Origin: Mobula hypostoma
Taxonomy: Eukaryota
Reading direction: 5' to 3'
Length of the DNA: 64,000 nucleotides
NCBI RefSeq assembly: GCF_963921235.1
Contig: NC_086123.1
Coordinates: 30,442,001-30,506,000, forward strand
Position 1 is the stretch's first letter; every line of letters starts with the position of its first letter. Of this stretch, positions 25,611-40,000 are shown one piece after another. The position numbers were made by a program, and so were the translations under genes. A model generated the notes under the pieces. The model was given only the letters and a program-made list of their open reading frames with translations. It did no database searches and was not told the DNA's origin.

Positions 25611-26961
25611 GCTCCTTGAAGTGGGACAAGAGACCCAAAATTAGTGAAGCAACTACCTGGTATTGTTGCTCTTACAAACTAATGCCCATCAGCCAGTATT
25701 CTAATCCCTGGAACCTACAATACATCTCAGACTACATCTTTTACCCATGGACCAGCAGTTACTGGAAGATGCGTTACAATTTGCCTTTGTTTCCAGTGGG
25801 AATGTGACTGGATTGGTGGAGTGGCTTGTCAATTATCAAATCACCCACCTTTTCACAAACCTCCCATTTTATTGAACATTGCCCCTATCATTAAGCAAAG
25901 AATTAAATGTGGGCAGAAGCTGACTCTAATATTTTTATTTTTCACAGCAGATGACACGGAAACCCAAGTGACGTTATTGAAAGGTGTTACTTTTTAAAGT
26001 GAGGCACAGATATAAAGCCACTTTCCATCCCAGAAAGGGACATGATCTAGAAACGTCACCAAGAGATTTCATGTCAATTAACTGTGAAATGACATAAGTG
26101 ATATAATTATGATGTGCAAGGACTGGTCATGCAATCTTTCCTGCATGTTGATAAATTCCAAGAAGTGTGGATAACATCATTACATTCTCTCACTGCATCA
26201 GGAGTTTGGCAGACATTAAAGAATGCCATGTCATATGCTGCAACTGCAATCTATTGATGAACAGTAGGCATATGTAAGGATAGATGATCCAGTTTCTGTC
26301 CCACCTGCAGGTTATATGCAATAGTTCAACATACATTTGAGGAGGCCTGATCCTTAACATTGATTTTGGACCTAATGATATCTCCTCGATCAAATAAAAC
26401 GAAGAAGATCTCACACTGAGTGCTATTTTATGTATCCCGTGAATAGTTAAATCAGATATCTTCTATGCTGAAGGCTGTCCTGAAGAATCAATGAAATAAG
26501 CAGGATTACAGAATGTACTCTGTGTGGATGAAGTTCAATGTCTATTGCCAAAAGCAATCAGTTATATTATTATTTCTCAAAGCATCTTCTACAAAACTCA
26601 AATCAGAGACATGATGGAAAATTATTAAGGGACTTAATGTTATTCAGGAAAAGCAGTTCAGCTTGTCAGCAGCTTTGATACAGGAGTCTGCATCTGCAAC
26701 CTTACTTACGGGTTCAGAATATGGGATTAGTTCAGTAATACTTCTTAATGTAGTAATCTCTCATGACTAACAAGAACAGTAAGGTGACACAAGCACGACC
26801 AATACCAAAAGTCTTTTCAAAGTTATGGCTTGGTCTTTTACCATCATTAATGGTGGATCAAAATCATGGAACCGCTAATGTAAACATCAGTAATAAGATT
26901 GTTGTATTTCAGAAAAAGGGTAGCATACTGTACATCTTCTGACAGTGATTTAGAAGAAATT

Positions 26962-29900
26962 CTTTCTTTCTTTTTAAATCTTTTTATTGAATAAGTATAC
27001 AAAAAGGTAAGCCATATAGGCACTAATACACTGTTAGAATATAATAAAATTACAGAAGATATTAATACAAAAAAAATACAAACAATGTTATTTAAACATA
27101 ACGTACCAAGGTAACCTAATAGTATACTAATTTTTATATATATATCAATAGAGAAAAGGAAAAAAAAACCCCCAAAAAAAAACCCACCGTGCAACTAACT
27201 AAAAGCAAAGCAAAGCAATGGGCTAACTTGAAACCAAACAGAGTTAAAAAACTTAAAATCACGTCCTCAATCCTGACCTCCATTAAAAACAGTAAAAAAA
27301 AAACAAGAAGGGTATATATTACATTAAATGAAAATATTGAATAAAAGATCTCCAGGTCTGTTCAAATTTAAATGAGGAGTCATAAAGATTGCTTCTAATT
27401 TTCTCCAAATTCAAGCATAATATCGTCTGAGAAAACCAAAAAAAGGTAGTTGGAGCATTAAGCTCTTTCCAATGTTGTAAGATACATCTTTTCGCCATTA
27501 AAGTAAGAAATGCACATTCTACGGGCTGAAGGGGAAAGATTACTGGAAATTTTAGGTAGTCCAAAGATAGCAGTAATAGGGTGAGGAGAGATATCTATAT
27601 TCAATACCTTGGAGATAATATTAAAAATGTCTCTCCAAAAAGTTTCCAGAGTAGGGCAAGACCAAAACATATGAGTTAAAGAGGCTATCTGCCCCGGACA
27701 TCTATCACAAAAAGGATTAATATGAGAATAAAAGCGCGCTAATTTATCTTTGGACATATGTGCTCTATGAACAACTTTAAATTGAATTAGGGAATGTTTA
27801 GCACAGATAGAGGAAGTATTGACTAATTGTAAAATCTGCCCCCAGTCATCCACGGAAATGATAAACCCCAATTCCTGTTCCCAATCTACCCTAATCTTAT
27901 TAAATGGAGCTTTCCTAAGTTTCATAATAATATTATAAATCATAACCGATGCACCTTTCTGACATGGATTAAGATTAATTATAGTATCTAAAATGTATGT
28001 AGGAGGAAGCATTGGAAAGGAAGAAAGTATAGTACTTAGGAAATTTCTAACTTGTAGATATCTAAAAAAATGTATTCTTGATAAATTATATTTATTAGAT
28101 AATTGTTCAAAAGACATAAGGGAACCATCTAAAAATAAATCCAAAAACCGTGAAATACCCTTAGTCTTCCAAATTTGAAAAGCACGATCCGTAAAAGAGG
28201 GAGGAAAAAATATGTTACCTAAAATAGGAATCACTAACCCAAATTGATTAAGATCAAAAAATTTTCTGAATTGAAACCAAATACGTAAGGTATATTTAAC
28301 TATCAGGTTAGACACCTGTTTAAGGTGTTTCAAATCAAAAGGAAGAGAGGAACCCAAAATAGAGCCAAGTGTATAACCCTGAACAGATTGTAATTCCAAT
28401 GCTACCCATTTAGGAATGGATAGTATATCCTGGTCAAGTAACCAGAATTTCATATGTCGAATATTAATTGCCGAATAATAAAATCTAAAGTTAGGTAATG
28501 CAAAGCCTCCATCTCTCTTAGTTTTCTGTAAATGTATTTTACCCAGTCTTGGGTTTTTATTTTGCCAAATAAATGAAGAAATTTTGGAGTCGACTTTGTC
28601 AAAAAAAGATTTTGGAACAAAGATTGCTAATGCCTGAAATATATATAAAAATTTTGGCAAAAAAAAATCTTAACTGCATTACTACGACCAATCAAAGTTA
28701 AATATAAAGGAAACCATTTAGATGAAAGTTGAATAATCTGGTCTATTAACGGTAAAAAGTTAACCTTAAATAAATCTTTGTATTTACAAGTAATTTTAAT
28801 CCCAAGATATGAAAAATAATTATTAATCAATTTAAATGGAAAGTTATGATATAAGGGAAGTTGTTTATTAATCGGGAAAAGTTCACTCTTACTAAGATTT
28901 AATTTATAACCTGAAACAAGACCAAATTGTGCTAATAGCTCTAAAACAGCCGAGATGGATTTTAGGGGATTAGAAATATATAAAAGTAAGTCATCAGCAT
29001 AGAGTGATATTTTATGGGACTTTAAGCCCCAAGTTATCCCAGTAATATTTGGAGATTCTCGAATGGCAATTGCAAGAGGTTCTAATGCAATATCAAATAA
29101 TAAAGGACTAAGAGGACAACCTTGTCGAGTACCTCGAAAAAGAGGGAAAAAAGGTGAACTTAAAGAGTTAGTACGGACCGAGGCCACAGGAGAATGATAT
29201 AACAGTTTAATCCAGGATATAAATTTCGAGCTAAAATTAAACATTTCAAGCACCTTAAATAAATAAGGCCATTCTACTCTATCAAAAGCTTTCTCAGCAT
29301 CTAAAGAGATAACACACTCAGGAACATTTTGTGAGGGAGTATAAACAATATTTAACAGTGTGCGAATATTATAAAAAGAGTAACGACCTTTAATAAAACC
29401 CGTTTGGTCTTCCGAAATAATAGAAGGAAGTACTTTTTCTAATCTATTTGCTAATAACTTAGAAAAAACTTTAGAATCAACATTTAATAAAGATATTGGT
29501 CTATAAGATGCACATTGAGCAGGATCTTTATCCTTCTTTAATATTAGAGAGATTGACGCTCTATTGAAAGATTCAGGAAGTTTACCAAATTTTAATGAAG
29601 CCTCAAAAACCCTACAGAACCAAGGGATTAATGAAGGAGCGAAACATTTATAAAATTCTACGGTAAACCCATCAGGGCCAGGAGCTTTCCCCAAATTCAT
29701 AGAGAAAATAACATTCTCAATCTCATCCGTGGTAATAGGAGTATCTAACATAGAAGACATATCCTGTGAAATCTCAGGGAAGTCTAGATTATCTATAAAA
29801 TCATTCATATATTTAGAATCTCGAGGAGACTCTGATTGATATAAGGAAGAATAAAAATCACAGAAGGTTTGATTAATCCCCACATGATCAAGTATCAGTC

Positions 29901-30518
29901 GGTCATTTTGGTTATAAATCTGATTAATTTGAGATTTAGCATAATTAGACCAGTTGATTAGCCAACAGTTTGCCAATTTTGGCACTGTGTACATAAAATT
30001 CACTTCTTGTTTTCTTTAATTGGTTTACAATCTGTTCCATTTGAAGTTCAGTTCTTTGTTTATATAACTCCTCAGAAGGAGCTATAACATATTTCTTATC
30101 AATTTCCTTAATCTTGTCCACAATTACCAACTCCTCCTGCTTCAGCTTCTTCCTCAAAGCAGCAGAATATGAGATAATCTGACCACGAATATAAGCTTTA
30201 AAAGTATCCCAAAGAATGTTCACAGAAATATCCTCTGTATAGTTAATTGTAAAAAAAGATCAATCTGTTCATTCATAAAGTTAACAAAGTCCGAGTCCTG
30301 AAGCAACAGCGAATTAAAACGCCATTGTCTATTATTTTGTATGTTGGCCAGAATTTTAATAGAAAGCTTAAATGGAGCATGATCCGAAATGGTTATAGAG
30401 TCATAAACACATTTAATCACTGAAGAAATAAGACGAGAATCAGTAAAGAAATAATCAATTCTTGAATAGGAATGGTGAACATGTGAAAAAAAAGAAAAAT
30501 CTTTTTCCTGAGGATGCA
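26962..30518 (-). mobile_element. L1/Tx1-type LINE, 5'-truncated ORF2, with 15-bp TSD
   Basis: Endonuclease end (SRIDYF, ISDHAP), RT (KAPGPDGF, SYRPISLLNVD, SLDAEKAFDRVEW, RGTRQGCPLSPLLF, LYADD), C-terminal CDRC...HMFWSC; A-rich tail; TSD gatttagaagaaatt at 26947-26961 and 30519-30533. Confidence 0.96.
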
Positions 30519-30851
30519 GATTTAGAAGAAATTAACAACAGTTTTGCCAGTGTTACCATCATGACAATTTGAACATGGCACTTAGGAAAAACTGCAATTA
30601 GGTAAGGAAATTACTATTTTAAATTTTGTAGTTGCTATGAACATAGAAAATATTTTCACACTTGTATTTAGTGGATGCATATATAATGCAACCATCCTTA
30701 ATCCCAGTTGAATATAAAAGTAAAGTAATCATTAACAATTTCTAGAATGATTTCATTCATAATACAACCATTCAAAGACAGCAAGATGATAATCAACTAA
30801 ATGCTGCATTCAAATAATCATGTAAGTCTAAAGAAAAATACTTAATATTAC

Positions 30852-30932
30852 CTTTACCAGAGTGAGAACATTTTTCTGTTTGTGTGCCTTTGTCACATAA
30901 TATTGCACTTTCTTTTCCAAGAGCTTGTATAA
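30852..30932 (-). pseudogene. 81-nt symmetric exon (V)IQALGKESAILCDKGTQTEKCSHSGK (TQT motif)
   Basis: tatttcag acceptor, AAG|gtaat donor, open in phase 1-1. Confidence 0.72.
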
Positions 30933-31013
30933 CTGAAATATACAAAATTAGCATCATTTAGGAATGTTACTTACTAAATGAACTGAATGGATTCTGAGTA
31001 AGATTTTTTTTAA

Positions 31014-31760
31014 ATGTCTTCAGCTCTATTTCCATCTTTAATATCTCTATTTTTCCCTTTCAGGGTTCTTTTGAAGACCCTGACCTGGAGTTACACGCTG
31101 ACCACAGTTCTTTGCAGGAATGGGACCTGCTCTCAGGGTTTTATGAATGGCCATCATTCGGCACACCAAGGGCTCGGCCTAAGAGCTTCGGTTGCCTTCA
31201 GAGGATCAAGATTTCATGGCTCGGGAGACAGGGGGATCAGAGGTTGGTGTCTGGGCAGGAAATCCATGTGTCGTGGGAGATGGAAGATCTAAGGCTGTGT
31301 GCCCAGAGACCTGAGATCTCTGGGCACAGAGCTTGGAAAAAGCAATGTAATGGTTAACATTGTAAACCAGAGAGTTGTTTATGTCTCCCGTCTCGCTGTG
31401 AAACGGAGACATCTCTTTCTCCCTTATTAGGGAGAGAGAGAGAGCCGGGTGAACTAGTAGTCTTTGGGGTACTGCAAGTCTGTGTCTTAGCTGTTGCTTT
31501 GTTCAAGCTTGAATGCTTGGTGGCAGGTGCCGATGCTTTTTTTTGCCAGTGCAGAGAGGGTGGAGGGGGGATCGTGGCTTGCTGCCACTTACGCACAGGA
31601 GGGGGGGGGAGCTGGGGGTCTGTGGGGTTCTAACATTTAACTGTCATTCCTTCTTTGGGGGCATTCCTGTGTTTTTGTGGATGGTTGTGAAGAAAAAGTA
31701 TTTCACGATGTATGTATATTGTATACATTTCTCTAACATTAAATGTACCTTTGAAATCTT
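31014..31760 (+). mobile_element. Non-autonomous repeat with Rex1-like 3' tail and internal 12-bp hairpin
   Basis: Tail tattgtatacatttctctaacattaaatgtacctttgaa resembles Rex1 tails elsewhere in the window; inverted repeat tgtgcccagaga/tctctgggcaca at 31298-31328. Confidence 0.45.
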
Positions 31761-32384
31761 TGAAACAATAGAGGGGGATAAATTTGATGCTGTAGTTGAG
31801 GTGATCAAATGAGAAATATGGCATGAGATAAACAGAGTAAAAGACAAGGTTTTCAGAGGATTATCATCTTTGAAAATGAAAAGGTGACCTGGCACAAATG
31901 AAATATATACTTGTCTATTAAAGGAAAGGCTGAGGCTTTAACTGCAATTATTCAGAGAATATCAGACAATTATCTTACTGATAACATTCCAGCCATTGCT
32001 TTAAAAAAGGGAGGAAAGAATACAGTAAACCAAGTAATTGTAGGTCATTTAGTTTAATTTCAGTTGTGAAAAATTATTGGAATTTATTGTAGAGACATTA
32101 TATGTTTTCAGTTAGAAAGGCATGGTTAATTAGGGTCCGTTTGCGTGGATTGCTTAAGAAAAAGTCACGTTTGACTAACAAATGAATATTTTGGAAAGTA
32201 AAATGGAGGGTCAATGAAAAATATGTGTTTTATATAGTTGACATGGATTTTAGCAATGTTTTTGACAAAGTCCCACATGGCAGAATTCAAAATTGGTTCA
32301 TTATCAGGAGTGACCAACAGTCTTGCTCCTTTCACAAGTTAGTCCAAATTGCAAAGGGAGTGATGCATGGGAATGATATCAGAG

Positions 32385-33020
32385 AACACAGAAGATAGAA
32401 CAATACAGGACAGAGACACAATATTGTGTGAAACCAAATAAATTAGTAATCAAAAGGCTGACTAAATGAATCCTATATGCCTATATAATGTACATATCCT
32501 TCCATTATCCTCATATTCATGTGCCTATCTAAATGCCTCTTGAAAGTCCTTAATATAGCTGCCTCTACCACCACCCCAGGCAGTGCATTCCAGGCACCCA
32601 CCACTCTAGGTGTAAAAAATCTTGCCCTAGCATTTCCTTTGAAATTACCCCCTGTCACCTTAAATGCATGCCCTCAGGTACTAGACATTTCAACCATGGG
32701 AACGAGATACTGTCTATTCTATCTATGCCTATCATAACCTTATAAACCTCTAACAAATCTCCCCTCAGCTTTTGGCGCTCCAGAAAAATCAACCCAAGTT
32801 TGTCCAACCTCCCGCTTTAGCACATGCCCTCTAATCCAGGCAGCATCCAGGTAAACCTCTTCTGTACCCTCTCCAAAGCTTCAACATCCTTCCTATAAAG
32901 GGGTAACCAGAACTGTGAACAATATTCCAGATGTGGCTTAACCAGAGTTTTATAAGCTGCAACATAACTTACTGACTTTTGAACTCAATGCCTTGACTAA
33001 TAAAGGCAAGCATGCCTTTT
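32385..33020 (-). mobile_element. CR1 LINE 3' fragment
   Basis: RFFTPRVVGAWNALPGVVVEA..L.TFKRHLDRHM. Confidence 0.85.
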
Positions 33021-33024
33021 GCCT

Positions 33025-33200
33025 TTCAAAGTTCAAAGTAAATTTATTATCAAAGTACATATATGTCACTCTGAGATTCATTTTCTTGTGGGCATACACA
33101 ATAAATCCAATAACCACAATAGAATGAATGAAAGGACATACCGACTGAGCATACAACCAGTGTGCAAAAGACAAAAAAACTGTGCAAATACAAAAAGAAA

Positions 33201-33235
<35 letters not shown>

Positions 33236-33495
33236 GCAATGAATATCAGGAACATGAGATGAATAGTCCTTGAAAGTGAGTCCATAGGTTGTGGAAACAT
33301 TTTAATGATGGGGCAAGTGAAATTGAGTAAAATTATCCCCTTTGGTTCTACAGCCTGATAGCTGACGGGTAATAACTGTCCTGAACATGGTGGTATGAGT
33401 CCTGAGGCTCCTATACTTTCTTCCTGATGGCAATAGTGAGAAGAGCACATGATCCGGGTGGTGGGTCCTGATGTCGGATGCCGTTTTCTGAAGTG
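33025..33495 (-). mobile_element. Rex1-clade LINE 3' fragment with (TAA)n tract
   Basis: HHPDHVLFSLLPSGRKYRSLRTHTT motif and aataaatttactttgaactttga tail on the minus strand. Confidence 0.82.
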
Positions 33496-36289
33496 AAATA
33501 ATAATTATCATGTTACAATGTACAAGATACTGGAGGAATACAGCAGGACAGGTAGCATCTGTGGAGGTAAATGGGTTGTCAACATTTAGGATCAAGACCC
33601 TTCATCTGGACTGAACAACATAGGGGAGTTGAGTAGTACATAGGGCAGACCTTTGGCCCTGACACTGTCACTAGTGCTGTGACTTATCCAGATTTCATCC
33701 TGCAAGTCTAAGTTTCCAAGAAACCACTTGCAGAATATTGCAGACATGAGATAATGTAGATTGCGGCTCTGTTCTCTAGAACAATTAGAGATCTCAGTGA
33801 AACTTACAAAATTCATGTCAGGCTAGGTTCAGGGAGGCTATCTCTGCTGGCTGAGGAATTAGGATCACAGGCACAGTTTAGAATAGGAGATCAGCTGTAA
33901 GGTACTGGCATGAGGAGAAATTTCCCCAATCAAAAGGTACTGAACCTTTGAAATTCTCTATCCTTGATGGCTGTGAAACCTCAGAAATTGTTTTAATTCA
34001 AATCAAAGATTGATAGATTTCTGGATATTAATAGGAGCACAAGTAATTGCAGATTTGCTGAGTTGATTGAAGTTATCAGGGAAAATAATCTTGAAAGTAC
34101 AATAGAAAGAAACATAATGTGATACGATATGTCAAAAGCTATAGAAAGGTGAAGGATAAGACCTGGAGATAAGTGTTGCAGTAAGTTCACCAGAACAAGT
34201 TCAGCAAGAATAAAATTCAAAAAAACAGGTAAAACTTTAAATAATCTAATAGTTAAACATATAAATTGTAAAAAGCTTATTTAAGGTTTACCTTTCTGAA
34301 TGGACAGGAATTCCTCTTGTAAAGTATCAGGAAAAATATCATAATCTTTAAAGGATAATAACAATGTTCTTTATTAACCTCCTGGATTAGCCAACATTTC
34401 TACAGCTGAATATTTTCCTTGCTAGTATTATAATCAAAATACAACACTCTAAATTATAGAAAGATGAAAAAAGGACAATAAGAGCAGCGATACCAAAAAG
34501 ACAAAGAAACCATTTCTCCATTGTACATATTATTCAGAAAGGAACTCTACTACACATCATTATGTAAAGTCTGCCTTTGTCATCTTATTTTCTCCAGTAC
34601 ATGAAGATCAAGGGCTCTGCATCAGTCAATATGCATAGGATACAACATCAGTAACATATCAAAGGCACTGGACTTATGAGTTTAATAATAATTATTATGA
34701 ATTAAGGTCAATTCAGAGCACTGATAACAATTGAGAGGTTGCACCAGAGAGCTCTGCAGTGATGTACCTTTAGTTCAGAAATATGGCTAATCCTGTGCTA
34801 CGCCATTTATTAAAGCTGAAGATAACTGCAAAAGTCAACAGTATATTAAATTCTGGTTTGTCTGCCTGTTAATTTACCATGGGGAAATCGTGACAAATTA
34901 TCAGGTCTCACATGCACTTAAACAATAAATAGATGAAAAGTGAATGCATGTACAGGGCAATACATACATTACTTGGTCTAAATTAAATATTAACTTAAAT
35001 TATTTACCGAGTAGATAGATCTCTAATTACATGATGCTATACAGCCACATTAACTCTATGTCTGACATGAATCAAAAGAGTTTTCGTTAATCAATGTGGA
35101 AGTACTCATTCCATTGTTCAAAAATCCTGATGGTGCACCATTTGGCTGATTGGGTGTTGATCTTAGTGCTCTCTTTGACATATTGAGGCTATGATTTCAG
35201 CATTCTTTGACATGATGGGATTCTGGTTTACACGTTCTCTTTGAGACTGTGTGCCCCATTTCCTGTATTCATTTTATTTTACCTAGGCCCTGGTTTCTAT
35301 GCTCCTTGGAAACTCACTGGGGTCCCACTTCCTGCAATTCCTTTAATCTGTTTCCTATATGCTCTTTATCCTCACAGAAACCCCATTTCCCATATTACCT
35401 TTAAACTTACCAGGTTCAATACAAACATAATTATAGCACAGTGTAACATCTAAATAAAAGAGAATTAAAAGTGTCCCCAAATTTCTGCCATGGACAGTCC
35501 CAAGACCAGTTGTGAAAGGAGGGAGGTTGGGTATGGGGCTAAAAACCCCATTCTGTAAAAATTCAGTGCTATAGAAACACCACCATAAGCTCCAAGGACC
35601 TTATACCTAGGACTGAAAGAATACACTAAGTATGTTTTGAATTATAGAGAAGGGAGGACTGCAGAGAATAAAAAGAACATCTGAAATATGACCAAATTTG
35701 TCCAAGTGACTTATTGCTTTCAGTATCTTCTACTAGAGGAAGCAGAATTGTTTGGAGGAGTGTAAATGGAGGCAGATGAATAAGGAAAAAATCAGGCTAA
35801 AACTGCAATGAAAAATACAGTAGCTGTTCAAATTCAGAAATAAAGGAGAATGTTAAAAATACTCAACATATCCAATAGCATGTATGGAATGAGAGAAAAC
35901 TAAGTTAATGCTACAGATGGATGACCACAAGTCAGAACAATCCAGTTTTGACACAAACAGCAAAGGATGGCTATCTGAAACTGTTGAATTCAATACTGAA
36001 TACCAGGGCTCCAACATTCTTAGGTAGAAGATGAATTGCCATCTTCAAGCTTACATTAGATTTCACTGGAACCATGTAGGAAAGCCAGAGAACACAATGA
36101 ATTAAAGTTCCTAGTGACTGAAGCTCAGTGTCACTCTTACAGTTAGAATAGAGGTGTCCTGAAAAATGTTCAACCAATCTGTGTTTGTTTTCTCCAGTAT
36201 AGGATAGTTTATACTATGCGTATGAAATGTGTATGAAATGCAAACACTAAATTGAAAAAGTGTGAGTCATTGCTTCACCTGAAAGAATT

Positions 36290-37130
36290 GGTATTATCCA
36301 AATCTGTCCTTTTACCTTGCCTTTTTCCACCATCCAGGAACCCAAACAGTTCTTCCAAGTGAAACAGCATTTCACTTGTATTTCTCCAATTCAGTGTATT
36401 GCATTCAGGTTTCACAATGTGGTCTCTTCTATACTGGTAAACAACGAATGTAGATTTAGTAAACACTTTGCAGCCACCTCCATTCAGTCCATTGAAATGA
36501 CCACGAATTTCCAATTAGCTGTCATTTTAATTCTCTATCCCTATTTTGACCTCTGTATTTGTTGTCCCACGCTCTTCCAAATGAACCACAATTTAGCTCA
36601 AAGAAAAGCACCTCATCTTACAACCGAGCATATTGCAGTCCCTGGATTTAATATTGAATTCAACAATCTCCACCCTTCTTGTTTGTGTCAAAACTGGCAA
36701 GTTCTGAAGCAAGGTCATCAATCAGTAACATTAATTTAGTTTTTACCTCTCTACACATGCCATCTGATAAGCTTAGTGCTTCCGGATTTAAGCACCCAGC
36801 AGGGCATTTTTTTCATCTGTGTACCCTCTTCATTTATCTTCCTCCAGCTACATCCCATAGGCAGATCAGCTTCTTCTGTGAGAAGATAGCCAAAGCAAAT
36901 AAGTTACCTGTACAATCTTGGTCTCCACCCTATCACAGACCTTCCATTTTCCTCTCTCTCTGTGCAACTCAAGACACACTTGATTTCTCATTTTTCCAGT
37001 TCTGTTGAAGAATTATTTCCCTGAAACAAAAAATCTTTATCACTCCACCAATGCTGCCTGACCTGCTGTGCATCCATCGCATTTTCTGCTTTTATTTCAG
37101 ATTTCAGGTATCTGTCATTTTTTGCTTTTG
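36290..37130 (+). mobile_element. Penelope-like element fragment, decayed
   Basis: EPKQFFQVKQHFTC...CI (GIY-YIG region) and gctgcctgacctgctg-type terminal sequence. Confidence 0.65.
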
Positions 37131-37189
37131 AATTCAGAATGAGACATCATCTCATTGAAATGCACAAAATTCTTATTTGATAGGGTAGA

Positions 37190-37793
37190 AATGGAACTTT
37201 GCTACTTAGGAAGCTGAGTGACATCAAATGGCAGGTGCGACTTGGACATCAAAAGAAGAATAGGGATGGCAAAAGACACCTTTACGAGAATGAAGAGTAT
37301 ACTGACAAATACTAAACTAGGCATGACAACCCACTGCAGAGTACTGAAATGTTATGTTTACCCAGTAATGTTATATGGCTCAGAATGTTGGACAATATCT
37401 ATTAACATGAGGAAATGAATTGTAGCAGCATAGATGTGGGTTTTGAGGAGGAAGCAAAGAATATCATGGATGAAATGAATATCTAATGAGGATGTCATGA
37501 ACAGAGCAAACACAAAAAGAGAAATAATGTATGAGATCATGAAAAGGCAACGTAATTTCATTGGACATGTGATTAGGAAAGAGGAGTTAGAATGCATGGT
37601 AATTATGGGAAAAATTGAAGGGAAGAAAGCAAGAGGAAGACAAAGACAAATGATGATGGAGACAGTAGCTAGAGAACTGGAAATGAATACTAATGAATTG
37701 ATCCACTTGACCCGAAACAGGAGTGTGTGGGCCATGGCAGTCAAAGCTCAAACTGGGCATGACACCTGATGATGATGATGATGATGATGATGA
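37190..37793 (+). mobile_element. RTE-clade LINE 3' fragment with (TGA)n tail
   Basis: GRCDLDIKRRIGMAK..F...LKCYVYPVMLYGSECWT; FIGHVIRK...GKIEGKKARGR; tgatgatga tail at ~37767-37793. Confidence 0.9.
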
Positions 37794-39000
37794 GAAATGG
37801 AACTGATGTTTCACTTGGCTGGCTTGTCTCGAACAAATCTCAATATAAGGCATGTCAGTCAGGTCAGAGATAAGAAATTTCTTCACCTGAGAGTGGTATA
37901 CCCAAGAGGGCCAAGGAGTTTAGTCACTTCATATTTCAATATCAATAGATCTTTAGCCATTAAGGGAATTAGTGAATGTGGGGCTAATGCAAGATGAAAA
38001 ATCAATTATGATCTTATTGAATGGAAGAGCAGCACACGGGGAAAATAGTTTCTTGTAATAGTTTTTAAAAGTTGGATGAAAATATATTTGGAACTAATTT
38101 TAAAATTAGGGTAAAGTTACATTAGTTGACACTGAAATTCAGGGCAGATTAAATCACAAAGAAAATACATATTTTATATTGAGCGTGGATAAATAATGCC
38201 CATCCAATTGAAAATGTAAAAATGAAGCAATTTTGTTCAGAATATAATAACGCAGACTAGAAAACGGTGATTGAAATTTGCTTTTTAAATATTAAAACGT
38301 GAAAAGATGCTCTTGAAGACTGATTGGAAACTTGTTTCTTTTTCATAATCAATAAAACTCTGTGCCAACCATAAATCTAAACATGGACAAATTTTACTTT
38401 TCATTCCTTAAGACTGTTACATAGATTTCAAAAGACTACACTGATCAAACCTGATTATTTTTCTCAGATGCACTGGTCAGCGGCATAACTGATAAGAGCA
38501 GTAATTAAAAAAAAGCAGAAGAGTGCAATTCATCCTGGACAAAGAAAATAACTAAAGGTGTTTGTGATTGCATATAACAAAACTAAGAATTTGTATAAGA
38601 AATAGTTGATGTTTGAACTTTTCAAGGATTCTGAATTGAGCAGAAGGGGCTATTACTATATACAAGTCTAAAACCAATTCAGAATTAAAACAGCAATGGT
38701 GAGGCTGCAGCTGGAACTTATACTGTAAAGGGTGCCATTATTTCACTTATATATATATTGTATGTTTGTGATTGTTTTTAATAACAATTTTTGATGTAGT
38801 TAAACTTTATGGAGATGCATTCAGTGAGTGAACTTTTTTTTTAACTGAAGTAACCAAAAGTACCCATTTTTGTCAAATACTAATTAAGACTGAAAAAAAT
38901 CATTCCCAGACAAATGAATAACAAAGTACAAGAAAACAAAGCCCTTAAAGCAGATGAACTACTACTTAATGCACTAACATTTAAAATATCTTATAGGTAC

Positions 39001-39177
39001 CTCGTTGAAATGATTCTTCTGTTATATCACTGCAAATAGTCGCTGGTTCTAAATTACCATAAACAAATAATGTAAAAAGTACAAGGTAATGTAAAGTAAA
39101 TTAACTGTTGCTGCTTTAGGTTTTGTTTGCTGTCCCAATTCATTTCAACAGCAAGAATTATTTGATCAACTTTCAAC
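39001..39177 (-). pseudogene. Decayed PDZ-like exon (LKVDQIILAVE)
   Basis: tttcag acceptor; begins (R)LKVDQIILAV, similar to the PDZ RL.VGDQILAV motif; decays downstream. Confidence 0.45.
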
Positions 39178-39918
39178 CTGAAACCCAGATTTATAACTAC
39201 TAATGCCAATCAAATGCCCATTAGTAAAAAGTATTAATTTCCATCTCCATTAAAATTAAGTTACAGAAAGTAAAAATCAACACTTACTAAGAGATTGGTT
39301 TGTGTGCAAAATGGAATGAATACATGCCATAGTCACAATTTCATGTGGATATAATGGCCATGCATAAATGCTTGTCATCCCTAACTCTTTTCAGAGAGGA
39401 TTCTAGATCTGTTTGAAAGTATATCGATGGAACCCCAAGTAATTGTTAAACTTATAAATAGCTTTAAGCAGCATTGGTACAAAAGTACATATAATTTATG
39501 ATAGGAGCAGAATCGGGCCATTCCATCATGGCTGATTTATTATCTCTCTCAACCACGTTCTCCAGTATTCACCTGTAACCTTTAACACCCTAATAACACC
39601 TCAGCATAACATCCTTGCTCTTAATATTCTAGTCCTCTTGAAATGATAATGCAAGCAAAGATGAAAGTGATAATCCTATTTGAACAATGCATTTCACAAG
39701 GCACTTTTGGAGAAGTCTTAAACATTCTGAAATGATAGACAGAAGATTTCACATTCTAGTAGCTGAAAGGTCAAAGACAACATTTAGATCAGAAAACGTG
39801 ATAAACATACAACACAATGTAGTGAATTTAATTGCAGATTTGAAGGCTGAAGCTAAAATATGTAAAATAGGATGCATATATGATGAATAAGTGGTTGAAA
39901 TGAAATGGATTTGCTTAC

Positions 39919-40000
39919 GTGGATGGCATATCCCAAATCTGACAGGTTTTGCTCAGTTCTATATTACGGGCTCTATGTTTTTCATTACCTAGATGAAACC
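39919..40000 (-). pseudogene. Decayed PDZ-start exon (RNIELSK...DLGYAI, frameshifted)
   Basis: ttttgtttgtag acceptor, gtaagc donor; IELSK followed in a shifted frame by DLGYAI (GLGF-like loop). Confidence 0.5.

Noticed and set aside
27458-30003. The longest ORFs (400 and 458 aa) as a host gene
   Set aside because: They are frameshifted pieces of L1 ORF2 within a TSD-bounded insertion.
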